A stretch of DNA of 51,839 nt, taken from NCBI GenBank assembly GCA_030167865.1, contig JALAGF010000255.1:1-51839 (forward strand), written 5' to 3'. Of this stretch, positions 23,470-34,987 are shown in pieces; positions within the stretch are counted from its first letter, which is position 1, and every line of letters begins with the position of its first letter. The notes beneath the pieces were generated by a model. The model saw nothing but the letters and a program-made list of their open reading frames with translations. It did not search any database and was not told the DNA's origin. Source of the DNA: Craspedostauros australis. Taxonomy: Eukaryota. The position numbers and the translations under genes are program-made.

Positions 23470-24880
23470 CGATGGACCATGGCCTCTCTCATGACTATGA
23501 TCATGACCATTCACAACGGGTCATCTGCATGTGAACATCTGCATGTGAACATCTGCGTGTGTGCACGTGCTAGCTTCACTTCGGGAGTATGCCTCTCCAC
23601 TTTGCCATACGAATACATACGATACGAGCTCTACACCACAAACGAGTAAGCATGCACATGGGAAGGGCCACCGGTTAGAGAGTATGGCCACCTGTGCATC
23701 CACTATCGACAGTAGTGTCACTAATCCACACTACATGTAATATTCTATAATACATCGAACAAGAACATCGCATTGTATTCAATCCAAGGGTACCTACTTC
23801 TGACCTACCTGGCCGAAAGCCATTCGCATGATGCATTTGTATGTGTGAAACACAACAGTCGGTGCGCATGCGCCAGTGCTCACAGAAAGTAGATGATGGT
23901 GCTGTGCTTTCCGGAGATCAGTCGGTGTTAACTCGCTTCAGTATCGTAGCCTCCCATGTTGCGATCGTTTGGACGAATGTCGCATCGTGATTCATATCTG
24001 ATCCGTGACTTCTCAGATCTTGGATCCTTGGCACGAAATTGTTGGGGTTAGCGCAAGACAACGAGAAGACGATGAACACAACAGAGAAACTGGCGGCAAC
24101 AGGCAACAACGAACACCATCCGCAACATTGGATCATTGATCATGAGACGCAGCATGCAGCGAATACAACCATAGCACGTGGACCATGAGCGGCGATGAAG
24201 CATTGAACACTGCAATCAAGAGGCGAGCGCAGGCATAGTCACAGAAAAGGCGGTCAAACGATGTCAATGAGGATGCCAGGCACTCTCATCTCCATCCACT
24301 TTGACGGATCGGTCCTGCAACGGCAATGATGCGGCAAGTTGGCGCCAAACCAATCCTTGGTGGCACATGCAAGGCGATTCATGGCACCTACTACTGTGCT
24401 GTTATATATTCATTGAATGTGATGGCGCCAACTCCGATAGCATTGGTTGGCATCAATGGAGCTCGCAAACACGCGAAATATATGGCAGACTTTGCCACCA
24501 CCACCACCAACAACAACTAGTGGACGGCACTCGCAACAACGATCGCAGCAGCAACTACTACACCACAGCTGCAGCACCACCACCACACCACTCCATAAGG
24601 TGCAGCCAACTTCCAATGCTCACAAATCAATCATTTCATCATCTGCACATATACCAAACCAATCAATCAACCAGTCAATCAATCAATCAAGCTAAGTCCA
24701 GCCAACACCACACTCCAGATCCAGCCATCATACTAGTACAACACATCCAGGAGATCCTCCTGTTGCGAATTGCTGCCAAGCTCGACAGAACACCACACAG
24801 AAGGTGGCATTCCGATCACAAGCAAACAGGAAAGATCGAAGAGCGACAGACACAGACAGCCTCCAACATCTCGAGCCATC

Positions 24881-27800
24881 ATGGTGTTCATCATGCAGAA
24901 GCGTGAGGTGGAGGCGCTGCTGCGTGGCGATCTTGGCTGCGAGAACTACCTCTTTGCTCTGGTGTACTACCTCATCATGGCATCCATCTTCGTTTTGTTG
25001 TACGAATTTGGGGTCTTGCAGGCGTACATCTCATTCCTGCTCACGGAGAAAGACTTCGTGCTGACAGTCCTCTTCGTCGCGAGCTTCGGGATCTTTCTCA
25101 TGCTTGCCCTCCTCCAGGCGACAACCCTCTCCGTTCGCCCGCTCGAGGAGCTTCCACCGACAGATCCGGCATTCCTCGATCAAATCGCAGTCATCATCCC
25201 CTGCCACAACTCTGCCGATTGTCTCGCCGACACGTTGGAGCGAGCATTGCGGCACTTCAGACCCGACCAAATCTTCGTTGCCGACAACAACCGCAGCCCA
25301 TGGCCGACGGACAACGCGCCGTTGATTTCGGAAGAATTCGGCGTCAATTACCGATACTTCCCCCATCCAGGCAAGACCAATGCGCTGTTCCAGATCGGCG
25401 CAGAACTGCTCGAGGAGTTCAACTACTTCCTTCTCCTGGACGATGACACGCTCCTCCCCAAGCATCTGTCGCTGGATGCCGGGGTCTTCAACTCCAATCG
25501 CAACGTCGCAGGCATGGGCCTCGGCATCCGCATCAAGGATCGCAGTTGTATTTCGCAGGTATTGGCGGATTGGGAGTACAAGTGCCTTTCCACACGCTGG
25601 TCCGTAGTGTCGCAGCTTGCAGGCACGGCGAAGATGGCACATGGGTAAGTGCGATGATGATCGCACACATGCTGTTGCAGTTCTCTAGCTGCTTCCCATC
25701 GCTCTGCTCTGCTCTTCTCGTCACCCTTGCGTTTCCTACAATGTCGACCCTTTCACGCACGTACGCATTCACTTGCACGCACTCACATCCAATACTCGTT
25801 TGCCTCCGCAATATGCTGCCGGTACACTGGATCTTATTACTAATTCACTCCATCATCGTATGGTACACATGCAGAATTGCCGTCCTGTACAGGGCAGAAG
25901 CATTCATGATCATATACGAAAAGAACCCCGCGAGAACCCGACTGCCTTTTGGTGAAGATGGCTGGTCTGGTATGATCGCTCGCCAGGAAGGCATGCAAAT
26001 CATCCAAGATGCCCAGAACTATGTCGAAACGTTCGCCCCCAGCCGCCTCTTCTACAACTGCAGAGACTTGGGATGGACATCGCCATCCCAGCAAAATCAA
26101 TCGTCAGCATCAGCATCCTCGACAACGCCCGCATGCATCTTGTCCAAATGCTGGCCAGGCTTGAATTTCCGCAATGCTAAGAATTCCGATTCCGCTGCTC
26201 CTTCCACACCGACAGTCGCCTCGACGCCAGGTTCGGCGTCTCTTCTCCACACCCCACAGGCAGCGCGCCAGAGCAATCAGATCTCAGGATACGATGCCAC
26301 GAACATGTGGAAACAACGGGCCCTGCGCTGGTATCGCAACTACCCCAAACGCATACATCTCGAAATTGGATTGTGCTTCACGTACGACGCGGGCGGTTTA
26401 TGGCGCAACATCTTCTACCGACTCTTCTTCATCTACTCCGTCCTTCTGGTCTACTGGTCCCTCTCCATCCCAATCACGCTCGTCACTCTGAGTATCGGGA
26501 CAACCTCGTCACGACTTTTCGGGTACTACACGGTCTTGGTCTACCTGTGCGGCATCGGCTGCACGCTGCTGCAGAACTATGTGGTGTTCCGCAGACGACC
26601 TGATCTTCAGTTTTCATCATGGAAGGTCCCCATCCTGTTCCCGCTCTTCACGCTGTACATCGCGATCATGAGATGTTTCGGTGCTCTCGGCGGTATCTTG
26701 TACTACATCCCATTTCGCAACTTTCCAAGCAACGGGAGCAGGAACAAAAAGCAAGCTCAACGCCGCAAGTCATCCCGCCAGATTTCTCCGAGCCAAACCC
26801 TCTCAGACGACTTGGATCATACGGTTGGCACGTTGGATTCCAACGATGGGACCACCGATTCTCTGGGAATCTCCCCATCATTCATGATGCACCGCCGTGC
26901 CAAGCCCTCTTCGAGCCTCCGTCAATTCCCCTTCGATTGGTCGCCAGGATCCAACGTTGACGATGACTACGTCGGCAGAGCCAACCGACGCAAGTACCAT
27001 ACATCCCCAGTGAGTTTGGACGCCATCGCCAAGGGTTCAAGTCTTCTCACCAGAGGATTCGGAAGCGGAGATGCTATCTGCCTTGATGAATTTGACGATA
27101 TTGCTCCAGACCTGGTCAACGCAGACAGCAGATGCAACAGCCGCAACGGTCGCAACCGTCGCAACGTCACATTCTCGGAGATCGTGGAGGTGGCAGGGGA
27201 GAAGCCAAGGGTGTTCCATGTTACCCAGCAAGATGGCTCGGTCAAACAGGTGTTCGGTTCGAAGAAGCTGAGCGGAGCAGGTGATGTGGGTGACGACGAA
27301 GATCGGCCAATGGGAGAACTCCATGGGATCCTCCACGCATCCACGGCCAACAGTGTACAAGATCACGCCAGTCTCGGCTCTGCGCTTCCCATGTCCCCGA
27401 CGGCGGCTGCTTCGATCGTTGAAGCTCGTTTGGAAGAGCTCAGCACAGTTTCGTCGAGATATGACATCGAGCTCCCCACATCGCACCAGGAAGCCTCTTT
27501 TTCTCCACCTCCCGACGCCGTGAATGCAGGATCACATGATCTCATTGAGAGATTGTCACAGAAGCACCGACGCAAGGAGTCATTTTGGAGATTGGTCCGC
27601 ATCCTCGTCGAGGTGCTGCGCCGGTACGATCCAGGCCTCCATGCACAGGCCAACGCGACTATTGATGACTGCGTTGCGAGATATCGGCAAGGGGATCCCT
27701 GCTACTTCCGGCTATCATCAGCAACCAAGAGCCGCCTCAAGCTCGTCATCCCACCTTCATACTGGAGGTTGGCACGACAAGAGCAAAACTGCTTCATGGG

Positions 27801-28425
27801 TCGAAGACTGCAAAGGCCAACCTCTGCCTCCATAGCAGTCCTACCTTCGTCATCGTCCATGGGTCGGAATATGTCAACAGACCCGCGCCATGATCGAGCC
27901 AGGTGCTCGGCGACGACGATCAAGCCCCTATCCTCCAGATCGATGGCCTTGGTACCGGGAAATCGTCAAGACATCCATTCTCGCATGGAACACGCTGGCG
28001 AAAATGCGATTGAAGTTGCTATCGTGTCGCCATCTGCAGCTCCAGCATGGAAGGATGATCGGCGCACCCACGATCGCGGCGATGATGGCTGCCACCATGT
28101 CGGTGACGAGGAGAGTTGCAAAGATCACAGCAATCCTTGGGATGCGAGCTTTGAGTCCAGCTCGAGCCATGACGTGAGATCTGATCTGGAAATGGCTGAA
28201 ATGGAAACGAGCGGAAGAAGCAGCAGCAGCAACAGCAGTCGAACTAGCTATGACGGCAGCCACTCTGAAAGTACCGACTCTGATGGCGACATCTTTGAAA
28301 GCGACAGTGCCGATGATAGTGTGGCCGATGCATCACGCAGCTCGCACTTCCTGCAGCGTCTGGATGCGGAGGCTGATGATGCGTCCCCAGGCAACGCACA
28401 CCATGCAAGAAGGAGTGACGTTTGA
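24881..28425 (+). CDS. Membrane-bound processive glycosyltransferase family 2 (polysaccharide synthase-like); 2 exons (24881-25644, 25875-28425)
   Basis: 2 N-terminal TMs; IIPCHNS, FVADN, GKTNAL, LLLDDDT (DxD), FGEDGW (catalytic base), KQRALRW; C-terminal TM bundle. Intron GG|GTAAGT (25645)..GCAG| (25874) joins in phase to give AHGIAVLY. Confidence 0.85.
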
Positions 28426-29437
28426 AGGGAACATTCGTAATCGGACTAGTAGAGATGCACTTGTAAGTGGACGTGGTGAGCGCTCGACGGCTCCCACGAC
28501 CCATGTGATCACAGCAGCAATAGACGATGTGTTGTGTCTGTATCGTGTATTATGTGCATGACACGGCAGCAAGCACCACCACGCTGGCAGTTGGATCGAG
28601 GTTGGCACCAACCAGCGAAGAGAAGAAACTGCGCTAAGATTCCAGACCAGGAAGTGCCTGCCTTGCTTGTGCGACAATACCATCCCGAAGTGCATTTTCA
28701 AGGTTTGGCTTCAGTACCAAAGAAGAAACGCACGGAAATGAAGCAAGATCAACCCTGTTGAAGTATCTAGCTTCGGTTCCATCCAGTACTCTCGCTCAAT
28801 TCTGTGCTGCGATGGGCTTAGCTGCATGTAGCTCAGCAGCGGTCCAACCGGATACGTTGACATCCCGGATTTCCCGCATGACTACATCAAGAAGGTCATC
28901 AACGAAGGGGTGGACAAGCACGAATGCAACGTCTACGAGGGACAGATCTTGACCTCATCACAGAAGTGCGATGCTCCGGCTGCACCTACTAATACAACAC
29001 TGACGGCCCATGCCAGGAAATCTGCACGCGCGCTTGTTTGCCGTACGAAGATGAAGCCACGCAGAGATCAATGAAGGATACGGACAAGGGCTGGGGACTC
29101 GGTCAACCACCCTGCCCTCATGGTCGGGAATACAGCATAGACAACTCTCACTTTGACTTGCCAATAAGAACTAACCATAGTTACATGTATTTGACACCAG
29201 TCAGCGAGTCCTTCATAGTAGTTCGTGGTGTGACATCGAATCCTTTGGCGTCACCAAAATCGCAGAGCAGCAAAACAGGAAGTCGATTTTTTAGCAGAAT
29301 CAAGGCAGGGTCAATAACAGCAGAGGAGAGCGGATTGGTGTCATCTCGGAGACAACCAGGAAGTAAAAAATGGAAGGCAGGAGCCATGGTGCATGAGATA
29401 TGGTGTGCAATTCGCGCCATTCGTGTGCCTCCTTCCA

Positions 29438-32400
29438 TCATTTGAGGCTACTGACGCTGTTGCTGCGCTTGTGCGATGACTTCATCCCACCAGGTTGCTT
29501 TCTCCAGAATTTGCCCTTGGGCGTTCCATTCGATTTCGGCGTGGTATCGATGGACCGACGATGATGGGAGGAAGACGTCGACAGGGTCGAGCTTATCATC
29601 TTCAACGATGCCGACAGCGTCGATCGTGCCTTGCGTAGCGATCCACGTTTCTTGTTGGTATCGGAGGGGTCGACCGTCGCGATTGGTGCGGGGGTCTTCT
29701 TCTTGCTGCTGTTTTTCGTTGGTGATGCCGTGATTTTAGCAGGCGCTTTCTTCAGCGATGACTTGCGTGGCACCTTCAAGGAGGTCATGGGCTTGGTCTT
29801 GCTGGAATCTTGGCTATGCACACCGATGCTGCTGTTGCTGTGATTGCCTTTGCTGTTCTTGGCATGAGCTCGGTCCTTTCTCAATTGATTGGATGCGGCA
29901 GAAGAAGACAACGATGGCAAAGATGTTCGGGTTTTGATACTTTGGCTGCCCGTCGAAGATATCGATGAGGATCGGATGGGTCCCTTCAGCAGAGAGGATG
30001 AAGGTGACGCTCCGGGCAATTTCAGAATAGATTTGGGAGTCGGCGGCGTGGAAATCGTCGGCATTTTCAGCATCTTCTTCTTGGACGACACTGGTGAGAT
30101 GATGGGCGATTTCAGATTCTCGCTCATCGAGTGCAACCGCGAGGTATACTTAATCCCCGTCGCTGGTTGGGCATTCTTGTTGTTCTGTTTGCTCTTGGTC
30201 TTGACCTTGGTCTTGCCCATGGTACTTGTGACATCGGCGGTGGTGCTGTTGCCGGTCTCGTCTGAAGCTGGATTTGGAGCCAGACCAGTTTCAGTTGCGG
30301 TAGCGGCGTCTGCAGCTATGGCTGGATCAGCACCTGCATTCATGTTTGCGTTCACGTTTACGCTTGCTTTTACATTGCTCTTGCTTGCGACGTTAGCATC
30401 GATGTTGGCACTCCCATCCACATCACTATTTTTCTTCAAATCCGGGCTCACTGCTGCTGACGTGGCGACCGAGGTTGAGGATTTGGGTTGTTGGAGAGGT
30501 TGCGGGAGACTCGATTTCCTTCTCATGGCAGAAGCTTTGGATCTCAGCGGCCCTTGTGTTCGCTTCTGGTCCTTGTCGCTTTCGGAAGAGTCGATGCTGC
30601 TGGCAGTGCTCTGCCGTTGTTGTCTAGCTCTCCAATGATCGTTGCTGTTCCGACGGCTATCCGTGATGCTGATATCTTCAGCGTCGAGATCTTCGTCGAT
30701 GTCGGTATCAGCATCATGACTGGCATTGTCTTTGTCTGTGAGCGCGCTCAGCAGGCTCAAGGTTGACATCCGCGGCGGTGGTACCTCGTCCAATATTTGC
30801 TGTGGCGGGAAATTTTGCGCCTCTACCTCCACCTTCGGCTGCGACTGTGACTGCGATTGTGCATGTGTATGTGGCTGCGCGTCTGCTAAGATAGTAGAGT
30901 TTGACGCAGATGCTCCCCAAGCGTTGGATTGAAATGTGTTTTGACCACTCGGTGGCTCAAGCTTGTTCCAAAGCTTGCCTGCTGCATTGGTACCGACGCC
31001 TTGAGAGGGCGTAGTTTGGACTGTCCGTAGGGGGTGGTCGGGTATTGCGCTTGGCAGCGCCAGTGGTAGCGACTGTCGCTGCGCAGCCGCTGCGTACGGT
31101 TGCGGTGGTGCAGGTGGTGGCTGCGGTGGCGTTTCGAGCATTGCGACAACAGGCGATATTTCCGTTAATTGCGGCACGGCAGCCGATCTCGTCATTTGGA
31201 TCGCCGTGGCTGTCATCGTCGTCGTCGTCGCCACGCTCGTCGTGATTGTCCCCATCGCAGTCGTTTTGGCGATATTGGTTGTGCGGAAGGTTACATTGGG
31301 ATTTGGCATCCTGGCTGCTGCAATGACGGCCCTTCGTGGTTGCGAGTTGTCCTCCCTCACTCCGTCCGGCTGTGAGTAGCCGTTGGATCGCTGCGATCTG
31401 GAGTGATTGCTGCTGAATTGCCGAACCGCCTGAGGTGCCATAGATACGGCAAACGGCCTTGTCGATCTGATCGGTGATCTGGCATGACCTGACAGACTCA
31501 GACGTGCTCGATTCTTCGAATGAGACTTGCTGTTTTCTGCCACCGGCTGCAACGGGCCTCCCATTGCAACAGTATTAACCTGCTGTGATGTGAGATCGAC
31601 TGTCCTTGTCTGCCTCATGGATTGCGACGCGGGCATGGATGATGTCAACGAGCGTGAGGGTTGCTGCTGGGCTTCTGAGGAATTGTTGCGAGCGACGCCA
31701 CGGATAGGAGTGCGGCTATGGTTCGATGCGCCAAGCGTTGCAGGACCAGGCGATAGCATGCGCGAACGGTCTCTGCGCAATGATCGCGAGCTGGCGGATC
31801 GGCTGTACGTCGGACGACCTCTCAAGGAATTCCTTGGGATGGACTGGTTCCGTGTGTGAGAAGATGACTGCATGCTGGACATGCTCCTCGTTTCATCGTC
31901 GTCGTGCGAAGATGATTTGTGGGTGTGCGATGACACTCTGTCTTCCTTGGTGATGATCCGCATGTTGTCGATCTGCGCCGTCGCACTCGTGGAAGATGCC
32001 GTCGTCGCCAACGTCCTGGCTGATCGGTTCGTGGCAAGGAAGCGTTCGCTGGACAAGGTGCTCCTCGAGGAACGCCGGCTTTCCGTCGCTTCCGGGTCCG
32101 GGATGGTGACGATGGCGGCACCTGACTCCGTGAGATCCGTGGTGCGACGCCCTCGCATCGAACGGAATGACTCGGTTCGCATCAACGACGCTCGTAGGTG
32201 GGACGAATGCGACGATCGCGCGGATTGGGCGGCAGAGTGTTCGTCGCGACCACGTGCTTTCGGGTCATGCCCTGACCAGTTGAGCGTATTGGGACCACCA
32301 CCCGCGGCATTTTTGTTCTTTGCGCGTTGGGCCTGGAAGAATGCCAAGTCCGAACGCATCTGCGTCCGCACCTGCTCTCTCCTGGCTTGTAAGCTGGCGA

Positions 32401-34987
32401 CCTCGGCAAGGACATGCGCGCGGACTTGGTTCTTCTTTTCGTTGAAGGATCCATCCTCGCGCTGCTGCTGTATGCGTCTCACACCGCGATCCATGGCGAC
32501 CGCGACCGCCTGTGTCATGGCCTGCGCCTTGATAGTTCGACGCTGGTGGACTGACTTGGTGACGTCCACATCCCGCGGCATCGATGTGTTGGCAGCGCGC
32601 GCCGTATCCTCCACTCGCACTGGATCTGCGATACGGACGCTACGATTCGTCGCCCACATCCGTTCTTCCCTCAACGCCTTCACTTGGGCCTCCAGCATAT
32701 CCATCCGTTTCATGGTCTCGAGACGTTCCTCCACCTGCTTGACAGCACCCATCACGGAGAATGCCTTGATCAGGGCATCACGTTCCTCCACTAACTCCTC
32801 CACACGTTTGTTGAGTATATTCACCTTCATCGTCATGAGATGATTCTCCCGTCTCAACTCCTCCATCTCTTCTTCATCGTCCTCGAGGTCCCCGCCTGTT
32901 GATTCGTCGTCATCCATGCTGATGTCCACGCTGTATCCCATGTTGTCACTTGGGGCGATGGAGACATCACCGATATCATCATCGTCGTCATCAGCCAGTT
33001 CATAACTTCCGTCGTGGATGAGATCATTCAATGGAATCTCTTTGGACTGATCGTCCATTTCATCCGCCAGCTCCTCGTCTTCATCCTCGTCAGTGTTGCT
33101 GCCGCTGCCTGTACTGGCGCTACTGTTATTGCTGCCACTGCGGCTAACGCTGTTGCTACCGCTGCTGCTGCTTTGGTCATTCTCATCTTCTTCCATGATA
33201 TCATCCAAGTGATCATCGTGCAAATCATCATGCAAATCATCGGAGCTGTCATCGTTGTCTTCCTCATCTCCTTCCATGATATCATCCAAAAACTCATCAT
33301 TAACTTCGTCATCCTCTTCTTCGGACGTGTATTGCAACGCGAGTTCCTCGTCGCTGTAATCGCTGTCGGACTTGGTGGGATTGAAAGTATCGTCGTCGCT
33401 CGACACGTACTGCGGCGGCTGCGGCACGCTGTCGGATCCGGTCGACACATCGTGGCCGCTGTCATCATCGAGGAGCATGTCGCTGCTGATGGAATCGTCG
33501 AACCGATCCTCCATGAAGTCATCTCGCTCGCGTGACGCGCGTGACACCTGCATGGCCAACGTGAGGGCGACGCGACACATGTCGACGGGGTTCTGCTTGA
33601 GCACGATATCCATGGCCGATCCGCGCACCGACGTGCCGAAGGCCAGGAACAGCGCGATGGCACCATCCGTCGTGATGCGGTTGTCCTGCAAATTCAATTC
33701 CTGCAGCTGCGACGACGTCGCCGCGTCGCCCAAGCGACCCATGGCCGTGGCGCAGTCATTCTCCATAGCGTTCCTTGAAAGATCCAATCGTTCCAAGTGG
33801 CTGCGGCCCGTGCGGATGGTCTGCACGAGGATCTGCATGCGATCGGCGTCGAGGCCTATATTTTCCAATTTGAGGTACCGCAATCCGCTGAGGATACGCA
33901 GGGCGCCGCACAGGCCGCGGTCGGCAAAGTCCATGTCCGACAGCACGGGGCTGCCGGCAAAGACGATGGACTTGAGCTGCTTCTTGCCGTTGCGATGCAT
34001 CTTTGTGGCCAATTCGAGCAAGCCGGCGCATGGCAGACGCGTGGAGATGACGGATCGGCGTCGGCTGCGGCCGGAGCTGCTGCGGCGCGATTGGCTGTCA
34101 TCGTCCGTGTCGTTGCCATTCGCGTGCGTGAGAGTGACGGCGCCGAGGTGGGTCCATTGCAGCGTTTCCAAATTCTCGCATCGTGACAGGAAGCGGTTGG
34201 CGGATTGCACGGCGTGGGACACGGCGAGGGCGTCGATCTGGTTGCTCAATGAGAAATACTGCAGGGATGCGGCGGAAATCTGCTCCTGAAACGTGACGTC
34301 CATCATGATGAGACTGCGCGGATCGAGGTGGACGTTCTCCAGGATGAGCTTGCGGAAGCGCTGCTGCTGACCCAGGCATTTCCAGACCGTGAAGGGCAGG
34401 ATGTTGTGCGACAAATCCAGGACCTCCACGGGGCTATTAGCATAGACCGAGACGAGATGATTGAGAGTGTCCTCGTCTGTTTTGGGTGGCGGGACGCCAG
34501 CGAATTCATCCATGTCGGGCAGGGCGACGATATCATGCATCGTGACGCTCCAAACGTCGCGTGCGTGGTCGGCCAGGAAGATGGTGAAGCATTCCAGAGC
34601 ATCCATTTCGAATCTGAGCCCTCGCATGGAGATGACGTCCACGACGAGATTGGGAATGCGTTGCAGAGAGCGGAATTCCCGAGCAAAGGCGTCCACCATC
34701 GTGAGCGCCGTCTGCTTGTCGACCATGCTGGGCAACGTGATGGTGATCGTGGCCCTCGCAAAGTTTCGTCTGCGATGGAAGGAGGAGGACATGGCATGGT
34801 GGTGGTGGTTGCTGTGCGTGCTGCTGTCGTGGTCGCGAGTGTGCTGCCGCCGATGATGGCTGATCTCGGTGGCAGCAATGTCATCGCCCTCCGTCGTCGC
34901 TATCCTCGTGTTGCAGGTGGGCGGTGTGCCATCTTGGTGATTCCCAATGATCTCGACGGTCACGGGCATCTCAAATGGCTGGACCAT
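29438..34987 (-). CDS. RNI-like/RanGAP-like leucine-rich repeat protein with acidic tract, coiled coil and long disordered tail (1849 aa)
   Basis: Single long ORF. LRRs include VEVLDLSHN, LRYLKLENIGL, LERLDLSRNAMENDCA and LQELNLQDNRITTDGA. These are followed by a D/E-rich tract, a heptad-like segment (EELRRENHLM..EELVEERDAL) and an S/R/K-rich tail. Confidence 0.8.
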   Translation of the reverse strand: MVQPFEMPVTVEIIGNHQDGTPPTCNTRIATTEGDDIAATEISHHRRQHTRDHDSSTHSNHHHHAMSSSFHRRRNFARATITITLPSMVDKQTALTMVDAFAREFRSLQRIPNLVVDVISMRGLRFEMDALECFTIFLADHARDVWSVTMHDIVALPDMDEFAGVPPPKTDEDTLNHLVSVYANSPVEVLDLSHNILPFTVWKCLGQQQRFRKLILENVHLDPRSLIMMDVTFQEQISAASLQYFSLSNQIDALAVSHAVQSANRFLSRCENLETLQWTHLGAVTLTHANGNDTDDDSQSRRSSSGRSRRRSVISTRLPCAGLLELATKMHRNGKKQLKSIVFAGSPVLSDMDFADRGLCGALRILSGLRYLKLENIGLDADRMQILVQTIRTGRSHLERLDLSRNAMENDCATAMGRLGDAATSSQLQELNLQDNRITTDGAIALFLAFGTSVRGSAMDIVLKQNPVDMCRVALTLAMQVSRASRERDDFMEDRFDDSISSDMLLDDDSGHDVSTGSDSVPQPPQYVSSDDDTFNPTKSDSDYSDEELALQYTSEEEDDEVNDEFLDDIMEGDEEDNDDSSDDLHDDLHDDHLDDIMEEDENDQSSSSGSNSVSRSGSNNSSASTGSGSNTDEDEDEELADEMDDQSKEIPLNDLIHDGSYELADDDDDDIGDVSIAPSDNMGYSVDISMDDDESTGGDLEDDEEEMEELRRENHLMTMKVNILNKRVEELVEERDALIKAFSVMGAVKQVEERLETMKRMDMLEAQVKALREERMWATNRSVRIADPVRVEDTARAANTSMPRDVDVTKSVHQRRTIKAQAMTQAVAVAMDRGVRRIQQQREDGSFNEKKNQVRAHVLAEVASLQARREQVRTQMRSDLAFFQAQRAKNKNAAGGGPNTLNWSGHDPKARGRDEHSAAQSARSSHSSHLRASLMRTESFRSMRGRRTTDLTESGAAIVTIPDPEATESRRSSRSTLSSERFLATNRSARTLATTASSTSATAQIDNMRIITKEDRVSSHTHKSSSHDDDETRSMSSMQSSSHTRNQSIPRNSLRGRPTYSRSASSRSLRRDRSRMLSPGPATLGASNHSRTPIRGVARNNSSEAQQQPSRSLTSSMPASQSMRQTRTVDLTSQQVNTVAMGGPLQPVAENSKSHSKNRARLSLSGHARSPIRSTRPFAVSMAPQAVRQFSSNHSRSQRSNGYSQPDGVREDNSQPRRAVIAAARMPNPNVTFRTTNIAKTTAMGTITTSVATTTTMTATAIQMTRSAAVPQLTEISPVVAMLETPPQPPPAPPQPYAAAAQRQSLPLALPSAIPDHPLRTVQTTPSQGVGTNAAGKLWNKLEPPSGQNTFQSNAWGASASNSTILADAQPHTHAQSQSQSQPKVEVEAQNFPPQQILDEVPPPRMSTLSLLSALTDKDNASHDADTDIDEDLDAEDISITDSRRNSNDHWRARQQRQSTASSIDSSESDKDQKRTQGPLRSKASAMRRKSSLPQPLQQPKSSTSVATSAAVSPDLKKNSDVDGSANIDANVASKSNVKASVNVNANMNAGADPAIAADAATATETGLAPNPASDETGNSTTADVTSTMGKTKVKTKSKQNNKNAQPATGIKYTSRLHSMSENLKSPIISPVSSKKKMLKMPTISTPPTPKSILKLPGASPSSSLLKGPIRSSSISSTGSQSIKTRTSLPSLSSSAASNQLRKDRAHAKNSKGNHSNSSIGVHSQDSSKTKPMTSLKVPRKSSLKKAPAKITASPTKNSSKKKTPAPIATVDPSDTNKKRGSLRKARSTLSASLKMISSTLSTSSSHHRRSIDTTPKSNGTPKGKFWRKQPGGMKSSHKRSNSVSSLK

